64,000 bases of DNA from Squalus acanthias (taxonomy: Eukaryota). Every line of letters starts with the position of its first letter. Position 1 is the stretch's first letter. Location of the stretch: positions 310,001-374,000 of the forward strand of contig JASTWF010000356.1 in NCBI GenBank assembly GCA_030390025.1, written 5' to 3'. The position numbers were made by a program, and so were the translations under genes. This document shows, piece by piece, positions 12,966-24,800 of this stretch. The notes under the pieces were generated by a model. The model did not search any database and was not told the DNA's origin. It was given only the letters and a program-made list of their open reading frames with translations.

Positions 12966-13860
12966 AAAGCTAGGTGGGCCAGTAATCTGCGAGGAGAACA
13001 CAGAGTCTGCAAAGGGATATAGACAGACAAAGTGATTGGGCAGCAAGGTGGCAGATGGAGAATAACGTAGGGAAATGTGAAGTTATTCACTTTGGGAGGA
13101 AGAATAGAAAAACAGAATAGATTTTAAATGGTGAGAAACTTTTAAATGTTGGTGTTCAGAGAGATTTGGGTGTCCTCGTGCAAAAAACACAGAAAGCTAG
13201 CATGCAGGTACAGCAAGCAATAAGGAAGGCAGATAGAATGTTCGCCTTAATTGCAAGGATGTTGTAGTATAACAGCAAAGAAGTCTTGCTACAATTGTAC
13301 AGGGCCTTGGTGAGACCACACCTGGAATACTGTGCACAGTTTTGGTCTCCTGATCTGAGGAAGGATATACTTGCCTTGGAGGCGGTGCAACGAAGGTTCA
13401 CGAGATTGATTCCTGGGATGAGAGGGCTGTCCTATGACGAGAGATAGTGTAGAATGGGCATGTAATCTCTGGAGTTAGAAGCATAAGAGGTGATCTTATT
13501 GAAACATGTAAGATTCTGAAGGGGATTGACAGGGTAGATGCTGAGAGGTTGTTTCCCCTGGCTGGAGTGTCCAGAACTAGGTGGCATAGACTCAGGATAA
13601 GGGGTAAGCCATTTAAGACCGAGATGAGGAGGAAGTTCTTCACTCAGAGGATTGTGACATTTTGGAATTCTCTGCCCCAGAGGGCGGTGAATGCTGAGTC
13701 TTTGAGTATATTCAAGGCTGAGATAGATAGCTTTTTGGACTCTATGGGAATCAAGCGATATGGAGAGCGGGCGGGAAAGTGGAGTTGAAGTCGATGATCA
13801 GCCATGATCTTATTGAGGAGCCGTGTGACCGACTCCTGCTCTTATTTCTTATGTTGTTAT
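12966..13860 (+). mobile_element. 5'-truncated CR1 (HER1-like) inserted antisense in the RT of the larger CR1
   Basis: RPHLEYCAQFWSP and FFTQRIVTFWNSLPQ motifs; tail CTCCTGCTCTTATTTCTTATGTT; the host RT resumes at about 13863. Confidence 0.88.
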
Positions 13861-14286
13861 ATTGTATTCCATGGGCTTCATTTTTGCTCGCAAGGTTATT
13901 ATGTGGCACATTATCGAACGTCTTTTGGAAATCCATGTCCACCACGTCAATCGCATTACCCTCATTAACCCTGTCTGTTACCTCATCAACAAACTCGATC
14001 AAGTTGGTTAAAGACGATTTGCCTATAACAAATCCCTGCTAGCTTTCCTTAATTATCCACCCCTATGCAAGTGATTGCTGAGTTTGTCCCTGATTGCTGT
14101 TTCGAAAAGCTTCCCCACTACCGAGGTTAAACTGACTGGCCTGTATTTGCTGGGTTTAGCTTTACACCCTTTTTTGAACAATGGTGTACGATTTTAAATT
14201 CTCCAGTCCTCTGGCACCGCCCCCGTATCTATGGAGGATTGAAATATTATGTCCAGTAACTCTGCGATTGCCGACCTCAATTATGT

Positions 14287-14806
14287 TTCTTTTTTTTATT
14301 GCTTTATGGGATGTGGGCGTCGCTGGCAAGGCCAGCATTATTGCCCATCCCTAATTGCCCTTGAGAAGGTGGTGGTGAGCCGCCTTCTTGAACTGCTGCA
14401 GTCCGTGTGAAGATGGTACTCCCACAGTGATGTTAGGTAGGGAGTTCCAGGATTTTGACACAGTGACGATGAAGGTTCGGCGATATAATTCTAAGTCAGG
14501 ATGGTGTGTGACTTGGAGGGGAACTTTGAGGTGGTGGTGTTCCCATGCGCCTGCTGCCCTTGTCATTCCAGGTGGAAGATGTTTCGGGTTTGGGAGGTGC
14601 TGCCGAAGAAGCCTTGGCGAGTTGCTGCAGTGCATCTTGTAGATGGTACACACTGCAGCCACGGTAAGCCGGTGGTGTAGGGACTGAATGTTTAAGATGG
14701 TGGATGGGGTGCCAATCAAGGTGACTGCTTTGTCCTGGATGGTGTCGAGCTTCTTGCGTGTTGTTGGAGCTGCCCTCATCCAGGCAAGTGGAGAGTATGC
14801 CATCAC
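14287..14806 (-). mobile_element. 3' end of a second CR1-group (L2/Crack-like) LINE family nested in the CR1
   Basis: ORF 14351-14806 closely matches the C-terminus of the element at 48735-50346; A-rich tail at about 14287-14300. Confidence 0.85.
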
Positions 14807-16275
14807 AATCCCTTTACTATTCTAGGATGCATCCCATCCGCTCCCGGTGATTTATTTACATTAAGTACAGCCAACATTTCACATAGCTATTCCTTATTAA
14901 ATGTTATCCTACCAAGTCTCTCTGCTACCACCTCCTTCACTATATCTATGGCAGCATCCTCTTCCTTGCTGAAGACAGATGCTAACAGCTCACTTAGTAC
15001 CTCAGCTATGCACTATGCCTCCTGCATAGATCTCCTTTTTGGTTCATAATCGGCACCACTCCTCCTCTTTCGACACTTTTACTATGTAAATGCCGAAAGA
15101 AGACTTTTGTATTACCTTTTATGTTGGCTGCCATTCTATTCTCATATCCTCTCTTTGCCCCTTTTTTTTCTTTTTCTCTTCTCCTCTGACCTTTCTCTAT
15201 ATAGCCTGATTCTCAGATGTATTTGCAGTCTGAAATCTGTCATACACGCTCCCTTTCTGCTTCATCATATTCTCTATCTCTTAATCATCCAGAGAGCTCT
15301 GATTTTAGTTGCCTTACCTTTCTCCCTCGTGGGAATATCCGTCGACTGAACTATTTCCTCTGTAAAGGCAGCCCATTGTTCCACTACGGTTTTGCCTGCT
15401 AATCTTTGATTCCAGTTTACCCGGGCCAGATCCGTTCTCATTCCACTGAAATTGGCCTTCCCCCCAAAAAAGATTTTTACTCTAGATTGCTCCCTGTACT
15501 TTTCCATAGCTAATCTAAACCTTATGATATTATAGTCACTGTTCCCTAAATGTTCCCCTACTGACACATGCTCCACTTGACCTACCTCATTCTCCAGAAC
15601 CAGATCCAGCAATGCCTCTTCCCTCGTCGGGCCGGAAACATACTGATCAGGAAAGTTTTCCTGAACGCACTTCAGAAATTCTTTCGCTTCTCTGCCCTTA
15701 ACACTATTACAATCCCAGTCTATATTAGGATAGTTGAAGTCCCCCATTATTACAACTCTATAGTCCTTGCACCTCTCTTTAATTTCTCTGCTATGTTTTC
15801 CTCCATATCTCACCCAATATTTGGTGATCTTTAGAATACACCTAGTCGTGTAATGGCATCTCTATTATTTCTTAACTCTAGCATTATAGATTCTGTCCTG
15901 TACCCCTCCAGGACATCCTCTCTCTCCAGCACTGTAACATTCTCCTTAAAGAATACTGCCACACCACCTCCTATGTTTCCTTCCCTTTCTTTACTGACAC
16001 CTTATTATTAGGAATATTTAATAACCAATCCTGCCCTCTTTTGAGACAGGTCTCAGTTACCGACACAACATCATTTTCCCATGTGGTTATTTGTGCCTCC
16101 AGCTCATTTACCCTGTTTACTACCCTTCGTGCGTTCACATACATACATTATAAACCCATCTTATATCATCCTGTATTCACGCTGTGTTGGACCCCACCTA
16201 ATATCTTATTATATCTTACTTTATTGCTCGCTGCCTCTCTCAATCCTTTGAGCCCTTTATGTCACCTTTCTAACT

Positions 16276-17258
16276 TTACTTCCTTTTGCCCATCCACGCA
16301 CCAAATTTGTTTAAACTCTCCCCAACAGAATTAACAAACATACCCGCGAGGATATTGGTTCTGGCCCAGTTGAGGTGCAACCCGTCTGGTCTGTACAGGT
16401 CCCACCTCACCCAGAACCAATCCCAATGCCATAGGAATCTGAAACCCTTCCCTCCTGCACCATCTCTCCAGACACGCATTCTTCTGCTTAGTCCTTCTAT
16501 TTCTATACTCACTCGCGTGCAGCACCGGGAGTACTGCCTTGGAGGTCCTTAGAGGTTACTACCTTGGAGATTCTGCTTTTTAATCTCTTTCCTAGCTCCC
16601 TAAAATCTGCCTGCTGGACCTCATCCCTCTTTCTACTTATGTCGTTGGTAACAATATGGACCACGATCTTTAGCAGTTGACCATCCTCGCTGAGAATGTT
16701 CTGCAGCCGCTCATGAACATCCTTAATCCTGGCCCCAGGGAGGCAACGTACCATCCTGGAGTCACGTCTGTGGCCGCAGAAACACCTGTCTGCTCCCCTA
16801 ACTATCGAATCCCCAACCACTCTTGTTCATCCACTCGTCTTCCTTACCCCTGTACATCTGAGCCACCACTGGTGCCGCGGACTTGGCTCTGGCTGTACTC
16901 CCCATAGGAACCATCTCCCTCACCGGTACTCAGAACAGAACATAGGTTAGAGAGCGAGATGCATTCAGGGGAGTCCTGCATTACCTGCCGGGTCCTCCTT
17001 TTCTGTCTGGCGGTCACCCATTCCCTCTCGGCCTGCACACTCATTGGCTGCGTTATGACCACCTCCTGAAACGTAGCTCCCAGCCTCACGGATGCACCGC
17101 AGTAACACCAGTTGCTGCTCAAGCTCCGAAACCCGGAGCTCGAGCTCCTCCAGCTGACGACACCATCTGCACACGTGGTTGACCAGAACACGGGAAGCAT
17201 CCTGGATTTCCCACATGGCACAGGATGTGCACTCCGTGGGACTGAGCTGCCCTGCCAT
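16276..17258 (-). pseudogene. CR1 ORF1: zinc finger/leucine zipper plus SGNH (GDSL-like) esterase, frameshifted
   Basis: CTSC..CRWC followed by a heptad (LEELELRVSELEQQL); VGDSIVRG, CLPGAR, VHIVTND and DGLHLN esterase blocks. Confidence 0.85.
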
Positions 17259-17576
17259 ACCTCTATTTAATAGGCTATTAACTATCTTTACAGAAATGTA
17301 AGACGAAGATGCATCTAATTCAAATTAATAATATAATATAGTATTAACAGTTAATAATTTAATACAGTATTGACAGTTACTAAGTAAATAAAGTATTAAC
17401 AGTTACCAATCTCTAAGTTTCTGTTTTATCCTTAACCAGCATTTTAAGCCCGGCCCCTTGAGGAGCAATAAAAAGATTTTTTTTAAACTACGTGACCTTT
17501 ACCAACCAATCAGTTGCCAGGTGTCCTGTGACCTCCTTGTGGTTTTTCTCTCTCTTCCGCTCTCTGTGCTAGGTCT

Positions 17577-17800
17577 CCACCCAGGGCCGCTCTCGCTGCT
17601 GATGGTGTCGGTGAGTCTTGCCCGCTCTCTCTCCCCCGCTCTTTAAATCCTCGGTCTCTGCGCTCGGTCTCCACCCAGGGCCGCTCTCGCTGCTGCTGCC
17701 GCCGGTGAGTCTTGCCCGCTCTCTCTCTCCCCCGCTCTTTAAATCCTCGGTCTCTGCGCTCAGTCTCCATCCAGGGCCGGTCTCCGTCTGATGGTGCCGG
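17577..17800. repeat. About 95-bp tandem repeat (about 2.4 copies) in the CR1 5' UTR
   Basis: CCACCCAGGGCCGCTCTCGCTGCTG...CCCCCGCTCTTTAAATCCTCGGTCTCTGCGCTC recurs at about 17577, 17670 and 17767. Confidence 0.85.
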
Positions 17801-17959
17801 TGAGTCCAGCCCTCTTGAGAGAGAGGCCAATATTGTAACAGCCTTTTTAATTAATTTTGTATCTGTGCACTTTCATTCAGTTATTTCTGTAATTGTACAC
17901 CTATATTTCGCTGCTCCTCCGGTGTTCCTAGCTCCTCGCCATTTGGAAATGACTCTGAT

Positions 17960-18220
17960 CTATCTTTCTTAGGTCCACAGTGGGTGGCCGCACACTTTTC
18001 AACTTCAGATTACATCTGCCAAAGCTTTGTCCACTCATTAAATCCATCAATGTCCCTTTGCTGATTTATGTTCCATTTGCACTGCTTACTGTGCGAACTA
18101 ACTTAGTGTCGTCAGCAAATTTAGAAACAAGACTCTGTCCTCCTTCATCCAAGTCATTAATACAATAGTGAAAAGCTGAATGCCCAATACAGATCACTGG
18201 AGACACCACTGGTCACATTC
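17960..18220 (-). mobile_element. Old CR1 RT fragment
   Basis: The reverse strand encodes ..INDLDEG..VSKFADDTKL.. Confidence 0.7.
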
Positions 18221-18802
18221 TGTTGATTTTGAGCACAAGATTAATAGGGATCAATAATTCATAAGACTTCTTATTGTAATGGTTTAACAACACATTTCTT
18301 ATATTGATCAGGCTTGTTTCAGTTCCTTTTGTACAGAGAATATTATTCCACACGCTATTCCATACTCCCAGTACAGGGGGCAGTGCAATAAACATTCGTA
18401 CTTGTCCGCCTGCCAATCTAGCCTTATCCAACAACAGCAGAGAGAAGATTTTCCAGTCCTCCTTTCTAAGTATGAGCCAGGCCTTCGAGATTCACATATA
18501 ATACATTAAAAGTCGTATTCGTACCGCACACATCCTGTAAGCGTCACACTTACTGTTGGTGCAACTCATGTACTGTCACAGTCATTTCCTGTTGCACATT
18601 AAATGTCAATGTTCTGGTTTAACCTTTCACGCGCCATTACTAATAGCAGAGGATTGGATAACGCCGATTTAATAAGACACATTTTTTCTGCTTACAAATT
18701 GTGAGAGAACCTTTATTTAAACGATTGTCAATTTGATTCCAGATAATGAACACATAATAGAAAAATCGGGTAGTAAAACAGCACAGAGATATGGGAAAAA
18801 GA

Positions 18803-21800
18803 AGTGGGTAACCTGGGGAGGATGGGCCCAGTGAGATCAGACAGTGTGTAACCCGGGGAGGATGGGCCCAGTGAGGTCAGACAGTGTGTAATCGGGGGAC
18901 GATGTACCCAGTGAGATCAGACAGTGTGTAAGCCGGGAGGATGGGCCCAGTGAGATCAGACAGTGTTTAACAGAGGGAGGATGGGTCCAGTGAGATCAGA
19001 CAGTGTGGAAACATGGGAGGATGGGCCCAGTGAGTTCTGACAGTGTGTAACCCGGGGAGGATGGGCCCAGAGAGATCAGATAGTTTGTAACCCGGGGAGG
19101 ATGGGTCCAGTGAGATCAGATAGTGTTTAAACCGGGGAGGATCGGCCCAGTCAGATCAGACAGTGTGGAACCTGGGGTGGCTGGACCCAGTGAGATCAGA
19201 CAGTGTTTAACCCGGGGAGGATGGGCACAGTGAAATCAGAAAGTGTTTAACAGAGGGAGGATGGGCCCAGTGAAATCAGACAGTGTGTAACCTGGGGAGG
19301 ATGGGCTCAGGCAGTTCAGACAGTGTTTATCTCGGGGAGGATGGGACCAGTGTGATCAGACAGTGTGTAACCCGGGGAAGATGGGCACAGTGTGATCAGA
19401 CAGTGTGTAACAGGGAGGATGGGCGCAGTGAGATCAGGCAGTGAGTAACAGGGAGGATGGGCAGAGTGAGATCAGACAGTGTTTCACCCGGTGAGGATGG
19501 GCCCAGTGAAATCAAACAGTGTGTAACCTGGGGAGGATGGGCCCAGTCAGATCAGACAGTGTGAATCCCGGGGAGGATGGGCCCAGTGTGATCAGACAGT
19601 GTGTAACACGGGGAGTATGGGCCCAGTGAGATCAGACAGTGTGTAACCTGGGGAGGATGGGCTCAGGCAGTTCAGACAGTGTTTATCTCGGGGAGGATGG
19701 GACCAGTGTGATCAGACAGTGTGTAACCCGGCGAGGATGGGCCCATGAGATCAGACACAGTGTAACATAGGGAGGATATGCCCAGTGAGATCAGACAATG
19801 AGTGACGCGAGAAGGATGGGCCCAGTGAGATCAGACAGTGTGTAACCCGTGAAAGATGGCCCAGTGAGATCAGACAGGTGTAACCCGGGGAGGATGAACC
19901 CAGTGTGATCTGACAATGAGTAACGCGAGAAGGATGGGCCCAGTGAGATCAGGCAGTGTGCACCCTGGGGTGGATGGGCCCAGTGCGATCAGACAGCGTG
20001 TAACCCGGGGAGGATGGGCCCAGTGAGATCAGACAGTGTGTAACCCGGGGAGGATGGGCCCAGTGAGATCAGACAGTGTTTAACCCGGGGAGGATGGGCC
20101 CAGTAAGATCAGTCAGTGTGTAACCCGGGGAGGATAGGCCCAGTGAGATCAGACAGTTTGTAATCCGTGGGGTGCTGGGCCCAGTGAAATCAGACAGTGT
20201 GTAACATGGGGATGATGGGCTCAGGGAGTTCAGACAGTGTTTATCTCGGGGAGGAAGGGACCAGTGTGATCAGACAGTGTTTAACCCGGCGAGATTGGGC
20301 CCATGAGATCAGACACAGTGTAACCCAGGGAGGATGGGCGCAGTGAGATCAGACAATGTATAACGCGAGAAGGTTGGGCCCAGTGAGATCAGACAGTGTG
20401 TACCCTGTGGTGGATGGGCCCAGTGATATCCGACAGTGTGTAACCCGTGGAAGATGGCCCAGTGAGATCAGACAGTGTGTCATCCGGGGAGGATGGGCCC
20501 AGTGAGATCAGACAGTGTGTAAGCCGGGGAGGATGGGCCCAGTGAGATCAGACAGTGTGTAACCTGGGGAGGATGGGGCCAGTGAAATCAGACAGTGAGC
20601 AACCCGTGGAGGATGGGCCCAGTGAGATCAGGCAGTGAGTAACCCGGGGAGGTTGAACCCAGTGAGATCAGACAGTATTTATCCCGGGGAGGATGGGACC
20701 AGTGTGATCAGACTTTGTGTAACCCGGGGAGGATGTAACCATTGAGATCAGACAGTGTTTAACCCTGGGAGGATGCGCCCAGTGAGACCAGACAGAGTGT
20801 AAACCGGTTGGATGGGCCCAGTGATTTCAGACAGTATATAACCCGGGGAGGATGGTCCCAGTGAGATCAGAAAGTGTGGAAAACCGGGAGGATGAGCCCA
20901 TTGAGATCAGACAGTGTTTATCCCGAAAAGGGTTGGCCCAGTGAGATCAAACAGGGTATAGACCATGGAGGATGGGCCCAGCTAGATCAGACAGTGTGTG
21001 ACCAGGGGAGATTGGGCGCAGTGAGATCAGACAGAGTATAACCCGGGGAGGATGGGCCCAGTGAGATCAGACAGTGTGTAACCCGGGGAGGATGGGCCCA
21101 GTGAGATCAGACAGTGTGTGACCAGGGGAGATTGGGCGCAGTGAGATCAGACAGAGTATAACCCGGGAAGGATGGGCCCATTGAGATCAGACAGTGTGTA
21201 ACCCGGGAAGGATGGGCCCAGTGAGATCAGACAGTGTGTAACCCGGGGAGGATGGGCCCAGTGAAATAAGACAGAGTGTAATCCGGAGAGGATGGGCCCA
21301 GTGAGATCAGACAGTTTTTAACCCTGGGAGGATGCGCCCAGTGAGATCAGACAGTGTGTAACCCGAGGAGGATGTGCCCAGTGAGGTCAGATACTGTTTA
21401 ATCCTGGGAGGATGGGTCCAGTGATTAGACAGAGTGTAACACTGGGAGGATGGGCCCAATGAGATCAGACAGTGTGTAACCCGGTGAGGATGGACCCAGT
21501 GAAATCAGACACTGTGTAACCCGGCGAGTATTGGTTCAGTGTGATCAGACAGAGTGTAACCAAGGTAGGACGGGCCCAGTGAGATCAAACCTTCTGTAAT
21601 CCCGGCAGAATGGGCCCAGTGAGATCAGAAGAGTGTAACTCGCGGAGGATGTGCACAGTGAATTCAAACATTCTGTAACGGGGGAGGATGGGCCCAATGA
21701 GAAAAGACAGTGTTTCACCCGGGGAGGATGGGCCCAGTGATATCATCAGTGTGTAACCCGGGGAAGATGGGCCCAGTGAGATCAGACAGTGTGTAACCCG

Positions 21801-24800
21801 GTGAGGAAGGGCACAGTGAGATCAGACAGTGTGTAACCCGGGGAGGATGGGCATTGTGAGATCAGACAGTGTGTAACCCGGATACGATGGGCCCAGTGAG
21901 ATCAGACAGTGTGTAATCCGGGTAGGATGGGCCCAGTGAGATCAGACAGGATGTAAATGGTAGAGGATGTGCCCAGTGAGAACAGACAGTGTGTTACACG
22001 TGGAGGATGGGCCCAGTGAGATCAGACAGTGTGTAACCCGGGGAGTATGGGCCCAGTGAGATCAGACATTGTGTAACACGCGGAGCATTGGGCACAGTGA
22101 GATCAGACAGTGTGTAACCCAGGGAGGATGGGCCCAGTGAGATCAGATAGTGTTTAACCAGGGGAAGATGGGCACAGTGTGATCAGACAGTGTGTAACAG
22201 GGAGGATGGGCCCAGTGAGATCAGGCAGTGAGTAACAGGGAGGATGGGTCCAGTGAGATCAGACAGTGTGTAACCCGGGGAGGATGGGCCCAGTGAGATC
22301 AGACAGTGTGTAACCCGGGGAGGATGGGCCCAGTGAGATCAGACAGTGTGTAACCCGGGGAGAATGGCCTCAGTGAAATCAGACAGTGTGCAACCGGTGG
22401 AGGATGGCCCCAGTGAAGTCAGACAGTGTGTAACCGGGGGGGGATTGATCCAGGGTGATCAGACAGTGTGTAACCCGGGGAAGATGGGCCAAGTGATCTC
22501 AGACAGTGTGTAACCCGGCCAAGATGGTCTCAGTGAGTACAGACAGTGACTAGCCCGGGGAGGATGGGTCCAGTGAGATCAGACAGTGTGTGACACGGGG
22601 AGGATGGGCCCAGTGAGATCAGACAGTGTGTAACCCGGTGTGGATGGGCCCAGTGAGATCAGACAGTGTGTAACCCGGGTAGGTTGGACCCAGTGAGATC
22701 AGACAGGATGTAAATGGTAGAGGATGTGCCCAGTGAGAACAGACAGTGTTTTACACGTGGAGGATGGGCCCAGTGAGATCAGACAGTGTGTAAACAGGGG
22801 AGGATGGGCCCAGTGAGATCAGATATTGCGTAACCCGCGGAGCATTGGGCACAGTGAGATCAGACAGTGTGTAACCCAGGGAGGATGGGCCCAGTGAGAT
22901 CAGATAGTGTTTAACCAGGGGAAGATGGGCACAGTGTGATCAGACAGTGTGTAACCTGGGGAGGATGGGCTCAGGCAGTTCAGACAGTGTTTATCTCGGG
23001 GAGGATGGGACCAGTGTGATCAGACAGTGTGTAACCCGGCGAGGATGGGCCCATGAGATCAGACACAGTGTAACATAGGGAGGATATGCCCAGTGAGATC
23101 AGACAATGAGTGACGCGAGAAGGATGGGCCCAGTGAGATCAGACAGTGTGTAACCCGTGAAAGATGGCCCAGTGAGATCAGACAGGTGTAACCCGGGGAG
23201 GATGAACCCAGTGTGATCTGACAATGAGTAACGCGAGAAGGATGGGCCCAGTGAGATCAGGCAGTGTGCACCCTGGGGTGGATGGGCCCAGTGCGATCAG
23301 ACAGCGTGTAACCCGGGGAGGATGGGCCCAGTGAGATCAGACAGTGTGTAACCCGGGGAGGATGGGCCCAGTGCGATCAGACAGCGTGTAACCCGGGGAG
23401 GATGGGCCCAGTGAGATCAGACAGTGTGTAACCCGGGGAGGATGGGCCCAGTGAGATCAGACAGTGTTTAACCCGGGGAGGATGGGCCCAGTGAGATCTG
23501 ACATTGTGTAACCCGGGGAGGATGGGCCCAGTGAGATCAGTCAGTGTGTAACCCGGGGAGGATAGGCCCAGTGAGATCAGACAGTTTGTAATCCGTGGGG
23601 TGCTGGGCCCAGTGAAATCAGACAGTGTGTAACATGGGGATGATGGGCTCAGGGAGTTCAGACAGTGTTTATCTCGGGGAGGAAGGGACCAGTGTGATCA
23701 GACAGTGTTTAACCCGGCGAGATTGGGCCCATGAGATCAGACACAGTGTAACCCAGGGAGGATGGGCGCAGTGAGATCAGACAATGTATAACGCGAGAAG
23801 GTTGGGCCCAGTGAGATCAGACAGTGTGTACCCTGTGGTGGATGGGCCCAGTGATATCCGACAGTGTGTAACCCGTGGAAGATGGCCCAGTGAGATCAGA
23901 CAGTGTGTCATCCGGGGAGGATGGGCCCAGTGAGATCAGACAGTGTGTAAGCCGGGGAGGATGGGCCCAGTGAGATCAGACAGTGTGTAACCTGGGGAGG
24001 ATGGGGCCAGTGAAATCAGACAGTGAGCAACCCGTGGAGGATGGGCCCAGTGAGATCAGGCAGTGAGTAACCCGGGGAGGTTGAACCCAGTGAGATCAGA
24101 CAGTATTTATCCCGGGGAGGATGGGACCAGTGTGATCAGACTTTGTGTAACCCGGGGAGGATGTAACCATTGAGATCAGACAGTGTTTAACCCTGGGAGG
24201 ATGCGCCCAGTGAGACCAGACAGAGTGTAAACCGGTTGGATGGGCCCAGTGATTTCAGACAGTATATAACCCGGGGAGGATGGTCCCAGTGAGATCAGAA
24301 AGTGTGGAAAACCGGGAGGATGAGCCCATTGAGATCAGACAGTGTTTATCCCGAAAAGGGTTGGCCCAGTGAGATCAAACAGGGTATAGACCATGGAGGA
24401 TGGGCCCAGCTAGATCAGACAGTGTGTGACCAGGGGAGATTGGGCGCAGTGAGATCAGACAGAGTATAACCCGGGGAGGATGGGCCCAGTGAGATCAGAC
24501 AGTGTGTAACCCGGGGAGGATGGGCCCAGTGAGATCAGACAGTGTGTGACCAGGGGAGATTGGGCGCAGTGAGATCAGACAGAGTATAACCCGGGAAGGA
24601 TGGGCCCATTGAGATCAGACAGTGTGTAACCCGGGAAGGATGGGCCCAGTGAGATCAGACAGTGTGTAACCCGGGGAGGATGGGCCCAGTGAAATAAGAC
24701 AGTGTGTAATCCGGAGAGGATGGGCCCAGTGAGATCAGACAGTTTTTAACCCTGGGAGGATGCGCCCAGTGAGATCAGACAGTGTGTAACCCGAGGAGGA

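Larger units (their letters stand above)
11899..17830 (-). mobile_element. Near full-length degenerate CR1 LINE (5' UTR, ORF1, ORF2) carrying two nested LINE insertions
   Basis: Collinear pieces: ORF1 17258-16276, APE (IMGDFNYPNIDW..LLDLVL..SDYN) 15813-15274, RT pieces 14002-13863 and 12960-11899, (ATTCTATG)n tail at 11899. Confidence 0.88.

Noticed and set aside
18317..18326. EICE-like motif (GGAACTGAAA on the minus strand)
   Set aside because: An isolated 10-mer with no supporting context; the same string also occurs inside a MITE.
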